A stretch of DNA of 63,984 bases, filler included, from Olpidium bornovanus S191 (Eukaryota > Fungi > Olpidiomycota), in the NCBI GenBank assembly GCA_017911155.1. It is 29 parts of 29 records of this genome, joined end to end, with 100 filler letters (N's around TTAATTAATTAA, not from the genome) between each part and the next. Parts side by side here need not be neighbours in the genome. Positions count along the whole stretch, not along the records: positions 1 to 4,637 come from JAEFCI010005227.1; positions 4,738 to 6,105 come from JAEFCI010001807.1; positions 6,206 to 9,625 come from JAEFCI010011639.1; positions 9,726 to 11,653 come from JAEFCI010002103.1; positions 11,754 to 16,037 come from JAEFCI010003292.1; 24 more parts are not named here. One strand, given 5' to 3'. Positions 1 to 12,092 of this stretch are shown here, in pieces (the first letter of the stretch is position 1; each line of letters begins with the position of its first letter). The notes under the pieces are model-generated. The model was given only the letters and a program-made list of their open reading frames with translations, was not told where the DNA came from and searched no databases. Position numbers and translations under genes: made by a program.

Positions 1-1
1 C

Positions 2-425
2 CTGACAAGCCGCTTCGGCTTCGTCGACGGACTGGACCTGCCTGTTTCTGTGCCGTCGGACGGCCTCACTGAGAATGCGCACTACAACGGTTGGACGCGG
101 CACCACCAAATTGCGGTAATGTCCCGGTGTTTGCACCGGACGGAAACATCACCTAGGCAGCTCTCAACAGGCCGGGTTCCTGGCACGACTCCGCTGTGGC
201 GATGGGACCTGTACCGTATCCTGCCCGATGAGCACCAAAAACGCCGGGCGCTTATCGCATTCTTGCGGACACAGCGTTTCCCCCCGCCTTGAACACCGCG
301 CTTGAAACGGATTTCTGGCGCCACTTCAAGGCAAGCGACCGACTTCCCGTTTACTATTTTTCTCGCGGCGAGCAAAACCCGAGTGAAGCCCGTGTGATAA
401 ATGAACAAATGTTGCTGCGGTCGTG
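2..425 (+). pseudogene. Decayed PIF/Harbinger transposase (DDE_Tnp_4-like) fragment
   Basis: Across frameshifts it reads FGFVDGLDLPV..ENAHYNGW, VFAPDGNIT*AALNRPGSWHDS and YRILADTAFP, the catalytic-motif order of Harbinger transposases. There is a TAG at 154-156 and several indels. Confidence 0.75.
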
Positions 426-717
426 CATCCCGGTGGCGAGGAGGGAGGGGGTGGGGGGGGGAGGGGGAAGTGCGGCGCGGTCGCAATGCGGGATGTTGGT
501 TGGGTGGTGGTTTGCGTTTCGCCGTTCTCCCTCCCCCGCGGCCGCTCTCTCCGAACCCAAACCGCCAAAACGACGCACGCCTTTTTCTTTCTTTTCTCCT
601 CCGCGTTTTGGCGTAGGTTGCGAACGGGTTTGCTCGCCTTCGCTGCGCGCGGTGGAACGCCGGCCGGCCCGGGGGGAAAACGTCCCCACCCCCCATTGTT
701 GCGCCGTGCCTCCGCGA

Positions 718-1169
718 TGACCCCGCCGGAACCCGCGCGACGTCAGACGCGCGGAGGGACCGCCGCCGGCCGCCCGGCCTTTCCGCGCCCGGCGGCCGCG
801 CCCGTCTCCGACGGTTTTCCGCGTCCTTCCCCGCCGGCGGCGGGGGAGCACGCGGACGACCTTGCCTTCCGGCAGCAGCTCGACGCGGCCGTGGCATACT
901 ACCGGGAGCGCGACAGGTACCTGCGGGACTGGGTCCGCAAGCGCACCGCCCGCCTCAAGGACGCAACGGCGGACGTGCGGCGGAACTGCGAGGCCCTCGC
1001 CGAGGCCAACGAGAACGGCGGCGCCGGCGACGTGGCCGAAATCAGGCTCTGCCTGGAGCGGTCAGCCGCGGCGCTGGCGAAAATGGTCGGGGCCGGTCCC
1101 GAGGCGGACGTTGGAATCGCCCGGATCCTCGCAGCAGCGCCCGTGGCCGGAGCGGGCACGCCGCCCTGA
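718..1169 (+). CDS. Hypothetical protein with helical/coiled-coil C-terminal half
   Basis: ATG at 718, GC3-rich codons, amphipathic segment QQLDAAVAYYRERDRYLRDWVRKRTARLKDAT. No family recognised. Confidence 0.4.
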
Positions 1170-1744
1170 TTTCGGGAGCACAGAAGACAAAGACGACACA
1201 GTATGTACACCGTGGCGTTTCGAGGTCACTTTGCATCAGTTCATCGGTATAGATTTATACACCGTCGGTCAGATAGCACCCCAATTCACGGAAGTTTTCA
1301 CCGACTGAAAGGCCGAAGCGACAGGCGTGACGTTGCCCATTGCTATTACGTCAGCTTCGAAAGGCGGAAATGGAGCGTTAATTGTCTTTCGCCGTCACAT
1401 CAGCCCAGCAGTGAAGCCACCTGTTTCCTCTTCTTCTTCAGATTGTGTTTCTTCACTTCTTCCGTCGGTTTGCACTCGCAAATTGGGGTTCATCCTTTGG
1501 AACCTATTTAATTTTCGTACGTAGACGGCAAAAGTCGACAATGGCAAAATCAATCCAAAACAAAGTCAGAGACCACTCGGAATCGTCCTTCTTTCTTCTG
1601 CGTTGACACTCAGACTGCGCTCGAAGTTGAACAGTTGAACAGTTGAGGTGGGGAGCCGAAACAGCGCAGAGTACATTTCGTGAGAGTATTCGAGCGTGGT
1701 AACCCACTGGGAGAGCCCTGCTAGAGTTTTAAAGCCGGTTGGGA

Positions 1745-2040
1745 ACCTTGCTCCGCCATTGTCCACAACTACAAGAGAGAGCTGCCGATTCGCAGGGAGG
1801 CTCGAAGAGCGCAGTGTATTCTTGCTCCGTCAACGAAAACGTAACAAGCGCCTTCCTTTGGTTTTTCCAGAGGATGGCGCCTCCGACTAGCTTGAACAGG
1901 CGCCTCGTCCGCGATTAACGGCAAATGTATCCTTCTAAACTGAGTGGAGCAGATTTGCCACGAGTTGAATGAATGGCGATGTTGATGTCTTCCGGAGGTG
2001 CGCATGTGCTGTGCCTGATGCCGTAATTTGTGGAGTACCG
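1745..2040 (-). mobile_element. Ty1/copia RT-RNase H remnant
   Basis: Minus strand reads YLRYSTNYGI..LEGY, then LFKLVGGAILWKNQRKALVTFSLTEQEYTAL and VDNGGA. This matches the copia RNase H pattern (F.LGGGAISWKSKKQ..VALSTTEAEY..DN.SA). Stops and frameshifts are present. Confidence 0.65.
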
Positions 2041-2348
2041 CAGGTACCAGCGGTTCGAGAATATGTTTCCCGCCAAGCACAACACAATATCTCCAAACTG
2101 CGCGATTCGACGTTGTCGCCGTCTGTCTGGCAGCACGGACATCCGAGGACACTCGTCCGAGTCCTGACATTCTATCGGGGCAACTATCTGTACATATTTT
2201 GAATTCCGTCGGTGTTGGCGGCGGGATCGTCGGAACCATTGCAAAGCCGAAAACCTCAGCGTCGCCTTTCGGAAATGGGAGTTCGACCCGCATCCCGGTC
2301 GTTCTCGCCACGCCTCTGGGCTACGGCGAATATGGGCACAGATTATCT

Positions 2349-3016
2349 TCACGCTTTCGCTTGTGTCGGGGTAACCGGTATTCCTTGCATAAAAATCGGG
2401 AGATCTACCAGGAGCAGCAGTTCAGCGACGTCGGCGTTACTTCTCCTTCGAGCTCCTGCTAGCGCCCGCAACGCGGCGGTGAAGCGTTTTCTTTCCAGTC
2501 AGCCGCCTAGCGCGCGAGACTTACACTGCATGGCCAGCCCGCCGATAGCAAAAGTCAACGAGCTCATCGCGGAGCTCTTCCCTTGGCTGGTTGGCCACTC
2601 GTCCGCCAGCGACACTGTGCAGCATATGACGGCGACCCAGCTTGCCAGCGGCAGCCTGAGAGAAGAAGGCCGCGGGCAGGGTTTCGCGCGCGCTTCAATC
2701 CGCGATGCTTCCTGAGGACGGCGGCGCCCGACGCCGGAAAGAAAACGGCCCTCACTCACTTCATAAGAATCCCGGCCATCGCGCTCGCCATGGCCGTCAA
2801 CGCTGAAGCGCAAACATCGGGGGTTAAGGCGGGACACGCGGAAAAAGCCCCGGGTTTTCCGCGGCTGACAGAAGCGCGCAGCAGGACGGAGGAGAAACAA
2901 AAGAACGCACAAAGCAGGTCCGAGTACGCGCTCGCGTCCAACGAGGGGGGCAAAAAGAACGGGCGCACCGCAGACGCCCTTCGCGGGTCCCGCGGGTCCA
3001 GCTGCAGCTGCGCCAT
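2349..3016 (-). CDS. WDR83OS: PAT complex subunit Asterix (UPF0139) homolog, 4 exons, 111 aa
   Basis: Exons 3016-2911, 2802-2760, 2655-2525 and 2404-2349 splice in phase through GT-AG introns. Product: MAQLQLDPRDPRRASAVRPF..SDLLSLTAMASAMAGILMKLPLASWVAVICCTVSLA..AMSSLTFAIGGLAMQYLP. It parallels Asterix DPRR..[30 protein letters not shown]..VMSYL. Confidence 0.8.
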
Positions 3017-4637
3017 CCGGCGAGACGTGCGGCGCCCCAAACTCCCTCGGGTTCGCTTCTGACGTCTACAGTTCAGTCACGCAGGGAAGGGCGGCCGGAA
3101 ATCCGCCGCCGTACACACGGGGGACCCGGGCCGCCGGTGGCGGGGCCGGGTGGCTTTTTGTCCCCCGCGCATTCATGGAAATTCAGAGCGGTTCAAGTCC
3201 TCACCAATTTCTGCGGCGGGGCACTTCTGCTGACCGTGAAATGTGACATATTCCGGCCGGAATCAAACATTGCGCACGGGTTCCAGCAAGTAAATGTCCT
3301 CCAGAGGACCCCATCATGCCCTTCCTGGGCGGGGAGAAGCCGGCGCCGTGTTCGCAGCAAACGACGCAAGCCGCGGAGGCTCACCGAACAATCAGGCTTC
3401 CCACTTCGTTTTAACACGTTTCAGACGTTCTGTTCGTGTACATACATTGGACAGAAGGCCGTCCGCAGTGGACGGGAGGGTTAAAAAGCCGTTCTGCCGG
3501 CGTTGGACGGCTGGGCATAGGAAGTATGTCCGGTTAGAAGCATAGAAGACACGGTGCATGCAGCTGGATTAGCAGCTAAGCGTCACCACTTACAGGACCG
3601 TCCGACTTAACAGGTGTGCGGCTGAGCCGATCCAATCTGCGTGCCTTGGTGCCAATAAGGCACGTTCAGTAGCTTTAAAACATGCTATGCCATTATAATT
3701 AGTGCCGCTCGGATTTTCAAAAATCGTAACCGACCGTTGCACGTAATCTTTGGAGAAATGTCATTTTTTCTTTTTAGCTTTCTGATTTAGTTTCATATTT
3801 TTCAGCGAAAAATGGGGAGCCTGAGGACGTGTCGGCCGAAAAAAAACGCGGTTAACTGGGTGGGGTCAATTCTAAACTGAGTTTCACACGACCAGGTTCT
3901 GGCCTGTCACAGGACCTTGCATGTGTCCTAGAAATGGATGACCCAATTTACACAGGCGCAATGCCTCCAAAGGCGAATTCTACACACAAAGCAGCTTCGT
4001 GCTTCCGCTTCAAAGGGATCTCCCGCCGCCCGCCTTATGGAGCTTTGGGTTGCTGTCGTCAACCCCCCCTTGTGCCGTCATCTTTGTCTGACGTTAGCCG
4101 CGGGGGGGAACCGCCTTCGGAGCCTTTGTTCATTACCACGGGGACTTCGAGACACCGTGTAAGTGTGTAGAGGTAACTGTGAGAAGTGACCCTACCAAGC
4201 TCCCCCTCCCCCTCCCCTTCTCCCCCCCCTTCTTCCCCCCCTTCCCCCCCTCCTCCCCCCTCCTCCTTCTCCTCCTCCTCCTTCTTCCTCCCCACTTTTA
4301 AGCTGTAAGTTCAAACTCGTTTACTCCGCATAAGCGAACAGTTAAGAGAAAGAGCAAAAAAGGTTTAAATGAAAAAGAGGCAAAGTGTCGTGAGAGAGAA
4401 GTGAGAGAGAGTGGTGGATGGACGAGTATAGGGCAAACAATCATCTGGCCGTGTGAGTGGATAAAAAAAAAAGAAAAAAAAAACGAGCTCCGCGGTGAAT
4501 GCAGCCAGGATTGCGCACCCATAACTCGACAACCACCTCGAGACAATTTTAAAAGGCGAATTTTTTTACGCAAATATCTAAACCACATATCACATTCTCT
4601 TTGAAGTGATTATACAGCTGTCCTCTTACCCTTCCTC

Positions 4638-4737
4638 NNNNNNNNNNNNNNNNNNNNNNNNNNNNNNNNNNNNNNNNNNNNTTAATTAATTAANNNNNNN
4701 NNNNNNNNNNNNNNNNNNNNNNNNNNNNNNNNNNNNN
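4638..4737. other. Artificial contig spacer N44-TTAATTAATTAA-N44 (first of 28)
   Basis: Identical 100-bp spacers with stops in all six frames start at 4638, 6106, 9626, 11654, 16038, 18088, 19228, 21645, 23875, 25668, 28197, 29394, 31243, 32783, 35216, 36448, 37988, 43337, 44900, 46344, 48094, 50286, 53717, 55942, 57391, 58982, 61253 and 62857. Confidence 0.99.
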
Positions 4738-5973
4738 ACATGGCGCGCAACCGGGACCGCCGACCTCCCGCCGAGCAGAATCCCAGGGAGCGGGAACGGC
4801 GGCAATCCGTCGAGCAAGGTTTGCGAGAGCGGGACCGGGCCTCATCTGAGCGAGAGGGGCGGGAGCGAGAAGCCCGGGTTTCCACAGAGCACAGCTCGAA
4901 AGACCGCGAGCGGCCGCCTTCCGAGCGGGACCCGAGGGAGCGCCGGGACCGCCCGGGCAGCGACCGGGCCCCCGAACGGGAGCGCGCCGGCGACGACCGG
5001 ATGGCCGAACGGGAGCGTCCCAGTAACGACCGTCCGTCGGAAAAGGATTGGCCCAATTCCGTCGGTGAGCGGGATCGCCACATCGTGGATCGCAGTTCCG
5101 AACGGGACCGCACATTTGGCAACGAGCGACCCGCCGAGAGGGACCGGGATCGCGAGCGGGATAGAGAAAGGGAGCGCGACCGTGATAAGGACAGGGAGCG
5201 CGAGCGGGACAGAGAAAAGGATCGCGAAAGGGACAAAGAGAGGGATCGCGAAAGAGAAAGGGACAGAGACCGCGAGCGTGACCGCGAGAAGGACCGAGCT
5301 CGGGACAGGGACCGGGAAGCCTATCGGGACCGCGATAGGGACAAGGAGCGAGACAAGGAGCGGGACAGAGATCGGGACAGAGACCGGGAGAAGGAGCGGG
5401 AGAGGGAGCGCGAAAGGGATCGGGAAAAGGAGAAAGACAAAGATAAGGAGAAAGAGAGAGAGAAGGAGAAAGAACGGGAAAGAGAGCGCAACGGCGAACG
5501 TGACCGTGGTGCCGATCGGGACCGGGAACGCGGTAGCGACCGTGCCAGCGAGCGGGACCGGGATCCGCACCGTGATCGAGAACGCGACCGTGACCGGGAC
5601 AAGGAAAGGGAAAGGGACAGGGATCGCGAGCGGCGGGACAAGGTTCAGAAGCGGTCTATTTTATCCTACTTTGTACTTTAACGGATGATGGAGACCGCGT
5701 TTGGTGTCCCTTCCCCTCCGCGTACACAAACCGTCTTGCGCACGGCACCTGACTCGCTTACCCCCGCCTGCAGGAGCGGTCGTCACGCAAAGGAGAAGAA
5801 CGATCATCCTCTTCAAGGTGAATTTTTAGGCGAGCCCGCGTTTCCAAATAATCTCAGCCGCTATAACATTTTTTTTTAAAAAAAAATTGAATTATTTCGG
5901 CTTTTTCGACAGTTCGCGGAAACGAAGCCATCGGGAAGACGACGACCAGCAGCGGTCGAAGCGCCGTCACTGA
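4738..5973 (+). CDS. 3' part of an RD/RE dipeptide-repeat protein (splicing-factor-like)
   Basis: About 300 aa of (R/K)(D/E) repeats. Exons <4738-5642, 5774-5817 and 5913-5973 splice in phase and end ERSSRKGEERSSSSSSRKRSHREDDDQQRSKRRH*. The 5' end is missing. Confidence 0.7.
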
Positions 5974-6205
5974 AGAACGGACTTACGAATGGTGCCGCCT
6001 AAAGTAGGGACAAAAAAAAAAAAAAAAAAAAAGAGCAGACCGGATCATTGTTATATCTTTTTCTTCCCACCCGCACACGTCAGAAAATCCCATAACCCGC
6101 CCATGNNNNNNNNNNNNNNNNNNNNNNNNNNNNNNNNNNNNNNNNNNNNTTAATTAATTAANNNNNNNNNNNNNNNNNNNNNNNNNNNNNNNNNNNNNNN
6201 NNNNN

Positions 6206-8358
6206 CATGGCCTCCAAGTCTGCGGGAGTAACCTCCATCCAAGAATAATTGTCTGCCGGCCTTGCGTCGACGAGGTCGTCGTCGGGAGGGAGGGGAAGGG
6301 AGAGTAGGCGGCGGAGGCGGGGCTTGAGGTCCATTGTCAGCCTACGGGAAAAAAACTAGGATCAGAATGCGGCTCCGGCACAATGCATAGCGCGTAATAA
6401 ACGGATGGGGCGCACCCGTCATCATCACTATCCGGCCGGTCGGCTACCACGTCGACTAAGTAGGCATCCTTGGCCCGCTGCTCAAGTTCTCTGTACCGAC
6501 GGCTTCCTGGCAGCTCGTTCTATTGCAAGTGCCGGTCAAATTGGTAGATAATCCAATCACGAAGACCACCGGCGACTTCGACAAGTTGTACATTGTGAGC
6601 ATACCCTGAAATACCCGTACTTTATCAAAGACGCGGTGAAAGCTTTCCACCGTGGGTCCGAGTCAAAGGCGTGCGTCTGCGTTGTACATTGTAATGTACT
6701 AAGTGTCCCGCGTGCGGTATCGAACGTATTAAAGCAGCCAGCGAGTACAACCTTACCTCGACAGTGGACCGATCATGCAGATCATTTTCCAACCGTAAAG
6801 ACGCAACAAGAATCTCGAAACCGCAAGTCTGAGCGGGCGGCATGCCAACCGGGCTCGTCAGCGGCAACAACAAATTAAAAACAAAAAAACGCGAAAGGAC
6901 CAAATTTTTCACCGCACCAACTTCATCCCCAGCTCGGCGGCTGCAAAGGAATCGTCAGAGCGCGGGGGCAGCTGGAACGACCGCGGAGGGTGAAACCTCT
7001 GCGAGACGAGCTGTGCGTACGAGGGCTTGGTGAACGTCACCAGCGTCGGCGACGGCAGCATCGTCGAAGGGGGGAAGTTTGCCATCTTCAGACAAGCCTG
7101 CGAGGGAAATAGGAGCATTGGCAAAAAAACCGGAATAATATGAAAACGCCTTTCTTCTGGTCACCGATCTCGCTTCTACAAACGCCGCACCTTCATGTGG
7201 TCGACGTCCCTGGTGTAGAACGCGTGCACAGCAGCAGTGACCAGCCTTGGGTCCTCCCTGAGCAGCAACGCGATGCGTTGCGGCAGCAGACACTTGGCGC
7301 GGTGGAAGGACTCCGCGATCTTTCCCGGGTAAGCACGCGCGCGAGCCAGAGCAAGCCGATCCACTTCGGGCGGGGCGCGTGTATCCGTGGCCGCCGATCG
7401 CACGATTTCGACCGCCTCGGCGACATTTGGCGTCCGGTTGGGGGATTTGCTGTGCATCGCCGGCGTCGCCGACAAAGGAATAAGGTGCAGCGTCCCTCGG
7501 TGTATGAAGACCTGCCGACGGGAAAAAGGGCGAAAAATGAGCAAGCTGTCGCCGACCAGAAAACCGGGGCTGAGGAATAAACCGTCAGGCGGCCAGGTGC
7601 CGTTATCGGCGGCTTGGGGACGCACCCGGTTGGTGGTGTTGGCCGGGGTGACCCAGGACGGCAGGGCGTCCGCGGCCTCGATTAGAAGAAACTCGCCGTC
7701 ATTATCGTGAACTCTGGAAAGAGACGGTCGAGGACAAGCAAAACCGGTTTTGAAGAGAAACGAAACGTGTCAAGACCTCCTCGTCGACTTCCGGGAGCAG
7801 GTGGGTTCCGCGAAGACGACGACACTTACGATATCACCGCCTCGTGGAAGAGCTCGGACACACGCAGCAGCAGATACACAACGAACCACTCGTCTTCAAT
7901 GCAGTCCCCAAATCTCGTCGAACCCCTGAGGATCAGGTCTCCTGCGACGCAAGAACTTTAAAGGTAAGCTCGCACGGCAAAGCACGCTTTTCCTTGGAAA
8001 GAAAAAAGGATGGCGATGTTGCGGCCGCCCTTCCCTTTCGCTCTGGGTGCGGCCCCTCCCCCCGCCCGTCTCCCTCCTCCCCGCCGGACCAGCGCGTACC
8101 TGTCGCGCCACCGTTTTCCACGACGGACAGGCGGAACGGCTCGCAGTGCCAGAAATAGGTCTCGAGGAGCGGGGCGAGTTCCGCGTGGGCGCGCGCTCGG
8201 GCGTCGGGCAGGCGGTCGGCGTCGGGCGCGGGCGGGGCGCAGGAGGAGGGGGACGACGAAGGGAGGCGGGGGAGGTAGACCGTGTAGCAGACAACGTTGG
8301 CGCCGTCGGCGTCGGCGGCAGAGTGGCGGGGCGGGGAGTGTTCCCTTTCGTCGAACAT
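6206..8358 (-). CDS. ECD: Ecdysoneless/SGT1-family protein, multi-exon, 3' truncated
   Basis: Motifs YFWHCEPF, GSTRFGDCIEDEWFVVYLL, DNDGEFLLIEAADALPSW..NR, VFIHRGTLHLIP, HRAKCLLP..AVHAFYTRD, GSRRYRELE and SWMEVTPADLEAM. ATG at 8358. Confidence 0.85.
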
Positions 8359-8824
8359 CGAACAGGCGAGGAAGAGGGCGGGGGCTCCGGGGCGTGGACG
8401 TGTGGAAGACGGGTCGCCTGCGCGCGCGCAGTCGTTTTGGAGCCTTTGTGGTATTTCGGTAGGAAGGGGGGAGGCGGCGGCGGCGGCTCGTCGTTCGGAA
8501 CTGTGCTAAACCGCGCAAGGTGAAAAGGAAGAGCAACGGGGCAAAAGCAAACAGAAAGAGGGAGGTCGGGCCCGGGAGATAATGAGCGAATCAGACTTTT
8601 TGGAAGTAGAAAAAAAGGGAGAAGTAAAATCTAAAAGGAATGATCTGAGGGTCTTCGCCTGCGGACGCCGCCCGGCGACCTGTGCCTTGTTCTGGAATGA
8701 ACGGGGAGAAAAACCAGAACTCGGAACAGCGGGTCAGGTGGTCGACGGCGGCCGCAGACCGAGACGGTGAGGCCAAAAACGGCCGGGTCCCGTCTTACCT
8801 CGAAGGTTGTTCCTTTCATAGCAA

Positions 8825-9400
8825 GAACAGATTACGACGCCCTCAAGTAATTGAATCGGCAACTTCACCACTCGATACGGCAAGCCGCGTGGGTAAAAAA
8901 GATCTAAGCATTCAATATGCAGATTAAGTATGAGCCCGATAAATTCAACGCAGTCGCAAATGCCCTATCACACAGACCTAATTCACCTTCCCAACTCTCC
9001 TTATTGTCAAGTACACCAATGTCAGGGTGCAACCACAGAGATTCTGCCGCTCTCGGCCACGGTCCTGACTGTAGAGTCCAGATTTGAGAACAAGCTGCGT
9101 GCCGCGTTGTCCGAGGAAGAATAAATATTGATAAACTACTTGATTTAATCACCAGCACAAATTCAGCTGACATGGACAATTTATCAGCGGAATCGCATAT
9201 TTTGGCAGCCAAACATATTTACCTTCCGGAGTCCATTTCGTCAAAGAGTATTGTTGGCAGTCCATGATTGAGAGACCATGCATGCAGCGTCGTTAAAACG
9301 CTAAACGCCATGCAGCGACATTTCTTCGGGCGAGGCATGGGATGGACAAGTCGGACACTGGCTCAAAACATTATGTGATGTTTGTCAACGCAAAGATTAG
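8825..9400 (+). mobile_element. Ty3/gypsy pol remnant (RNase H end to integrase zinc-binding region)
   Basis: TDYDALK*LN..RQAAWVKKI*AFNMQIKYEPDKFNAVANALSHRP resembles TDHKSL..RQARW..FD..I.Y.PGK.N.VADALSR. It is followed by RVLLAVHD..KTL..RHFF..CDVCQR. Multiple stops. Confidence 0.7.
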
Positions 9401-11040
9401 GCTTTACAATTTAGGACATCCCTTGTATCTCAAGATTCCAAAACGGCCGATTTACGAGTTTAAGCACGGATTTATTTGATGTTAATTATCCCGTCAATGT
9501 ATATGATCAAGTTCTGCTTGTGATAGTAGATTATTTGAGATAATATTTGTTCCTAATCCCTGTCGCCGCGGCGACTGGTTGTTGTTTTTTTTAGGGGAGG
9601 GGGTTTCGTTTTGGGGTGACACATGNNNNNNNNNNNNNNNNNNNNNNNNNNNNNNNNNNNNNNNNNNNNTTAATTAATTAANNNNNNNNNNNNNNNNNNN
9701 NNNNNNNNNNNNNNNNNNNNNNNNNCATGGTTTAGCTCTCTTGCAGCATATCTTCTCGATCAAGTTCGTTCTTTTTAAAATTATAAGTGCACGTACCTCA
9801 AGTTAGGTATGATTTGTTATCGTCCACCCTGATTTCCCCGAACGGCTTCGCCTGGACCGGCAGGGACTTGATACGGTTCTCAGCCGCAAGTGCTCGGCTG
9901 GTTGGAAGCACAACAGCGATAGACAGAAGTAGATGCTTTTCAGATTTTATGCGGGAATAAAAGGCGAGAGCTGAACTCTCTATGAGGTGGGTCCAGGGGC
10001 AGAGGTCGTACGATTCGGCGTGCGCCGCGGGGGGGTTAGTTCGGTACATCCGAATTTATTGCTTTTCACGCGATTCTGCATATAAATGGACACCTGGCAA
10101 CCGGCAAGTCTACAGAACTGCGAGTAGGAAAACCAAAGGCGTGGGGCCAGGCAAATAACCACTCTCCATGTCCTATTACCTACCTCTCGCCCCTTCTTGC
10201 CCCAAGCTACTGCTGCTGCTGAAGCGTCTGCACAACATGCGGAGTCCACTTCCCTCGTTGCACATCCTTTTAAGCTGCGTTTTCCTAGAGCGCATCACTG
10301 GTGCCCATTGACTGTAGCAGCAACGAAGACGATGGGGACCTTTGCATTCCGGCCCATCAGATGTCTGACCAGCAAAAATCTCTGTTCACCCGGTGATGCT
10401 TTAAAGTGCCGGGGGCGGCTTTCGATGTTGTGGAGTCCCGGAAATGCGCGGAACAGAGCAGTACGGCAGCGCACGCAAACCCTCACAGCTGCGTTGGCCA
10501 ACGCGTCCCGCCGGCCTGTTCAATTGTCTCTCCGAACGCTCTCAGAGCCGTTCACAGGATCGTATCAACCGACGTTATTTGGTGCCGAGCGTTTCAGACG
10601 CTTTGACTGGCCGGGCTGACCGCCGCGCGGCGTCGCGCGCAGTTCTTCCCGCTGATCGACGGGAGTAACAATCCGGCTTCCCGGCAGCTCGGGTTTCGGT
10701 TGGGTTGGTCGTGGGGTGGCGGTGGTTTTTTTTTTTTTCGTTTTTTTTTCCTTTTCTGGCTGGGCGGGTTTTTGTTTCTGACGTTCACCCGCGGAACGGC
10801 CTCCCTCCTCCCGGCGCGGGACAGACACACGAAGCTCCTCGCGGCGAAACGACGCCCGGCGCCCAAACAAACTCCGCGGCCCGCGCTCTGCGAGCGAGCC
10901 CGCCCGGGCGAACGCCCACTGCCGCTCACCCAGCCGTCAAAAACTCCTTTGCCTCCGCGCGCCGTCCTCCGCTTGCCCGTTGTTCTGTGGAATCCGAGTT
11001 TGCCCGTCGACAAAAAACAACAACAACAACAACAACAGGG

Positions 11041-11559
11041 ATGGCAGCCCAGAAATCTGCCCCGGGGACGCGGTCCGAGGAGATGACGGTGGAAACAGGG
11101 ACGGTATCCGCCTCCGCCGCCACCGCCACCGGCGCAAAGGAGTACGTGCCTTACGCGGTCCCGAAGGCGAAAAGGAGGGGTGTAGCGCGATATCATTCCC
11201 GGGAGGTTCTCCGTGGCCCCGGTTGCGGTAATGCACCGCGCGAGCGCGAAACTGCGTTCCTGAAACGTCCGTGTTTCTTTCCATCCCGCGCTTGTAATTC
11301 ATTTCGCGCTGTCCGCGCGCAGCGCTCCTCCGCCTGCCGGAGCTCCAGCAGATAAAAAGCCGCACGAACAGAAGGTTACCCCTTGGGACGTTGAGGGCGC
11401 CGTCGATGACGAAGGTAAGCAGCAGGCGATCGACTACGATAAGCTCATCAAGAACTTTGGGACCCAGAATATCAGCAAAGAGCTTCTGGAGCGCTTCGAG
11501 AAGCTCACGGCCTGCCGGCCCCACCGCTTTTTACGCAGGGGCTTTTTCTTCAGCCACAG
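11041..11559 (+). CDS. WRS1: Cytoplasmic tryptophanyl-tRNA synthetase, 5' part
   Basis: Exons 11041-11141 and 11323-11559 give EQKVTPWDVEGAVDDEGKQQAIDYDKLIKNFGTQ..ERFEKLT..PHRFLRRGFFFSHR. Confidence 0.93.
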
Positions 11560-11812
11560 GTCCGTTGCGCGATTTCGCTTGCACGCGTCTCTACGCTGTT
11601 CACGTCTGGAGTTTGGCCGATGGCTGCTGCCGTTGTAGCCTGCCAATAACATGNNNNNNNNNNNNNNNNNNNNNNNNNNNNNNNNNNNNNNNNNNNNTTA
11701 ATTAATTAANNNNNNNNNNNNNNNNNNNNNNNNNNNNNNNNNNNNNNNNNNNNAGCAGCGCTTTTGCGCCCGGCGGCGTTTTTCCGCCGGGCAGTGTTTT
11801 GCGCCGGGAATA

Positions 11813-11857
<45 letters not shown>

Positions 11858-12092
11858 GGGGGGGACGACGCCGCTCCCGCTCCCCCAGAGCCGCCCTCTT
11901 GCCGGGCCATGCGGGCGCAGAACCCCTCCTTCCTCCGAGACCTCCGAGACCTCCTTCCAAAGAAGGCGCCGCGTGACTATGGACGCGGCCAAGGTGGCCG
12001 CCCCGGCAGACAAGGGGCCGCGACGGCGGCCGCGTGAGCCACAGAGGCGGCAGAGGCGGCCGCGACGGCGGCTGCTTGAACCATGGAGGCGG

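Noticed and set aside
3641-3663. Hairpin GTGCCTT...AAGGCAC as a Helitron 3' end
   Set aside because: There is no CTRR terminus at the expected distance and no Rep/helicase remnant.
4682-4693. Recurrent TTAATTAATTAA motif and ORFs containing X runs or ending in LIN
   Set aside because: It is an artificial six-frame-stop spacer, always centred in 88 Ns, and not biological.
4682-5641. Minus-strand SR-protein ORFs
   Set aside because: They are the antisense shadow of the RD/RE exon. The plus strand has in-phase splice sites and a natural C-terminus.
6206-6212. SMART/template-switch adapter (…ACATGGG) as the cause of CATG ends
   Set aside because: The bases after CATG vary (A, C, G, T), and the sequences contain introns, so they are not cDNA ends.
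10284-10345. Retroviral/DDI1-type protease start (IVFVAATVNGHQ*)
   Set aside because: The match is too short, is followed by a stop, and has no properly spaced D(S/T)GA motif.
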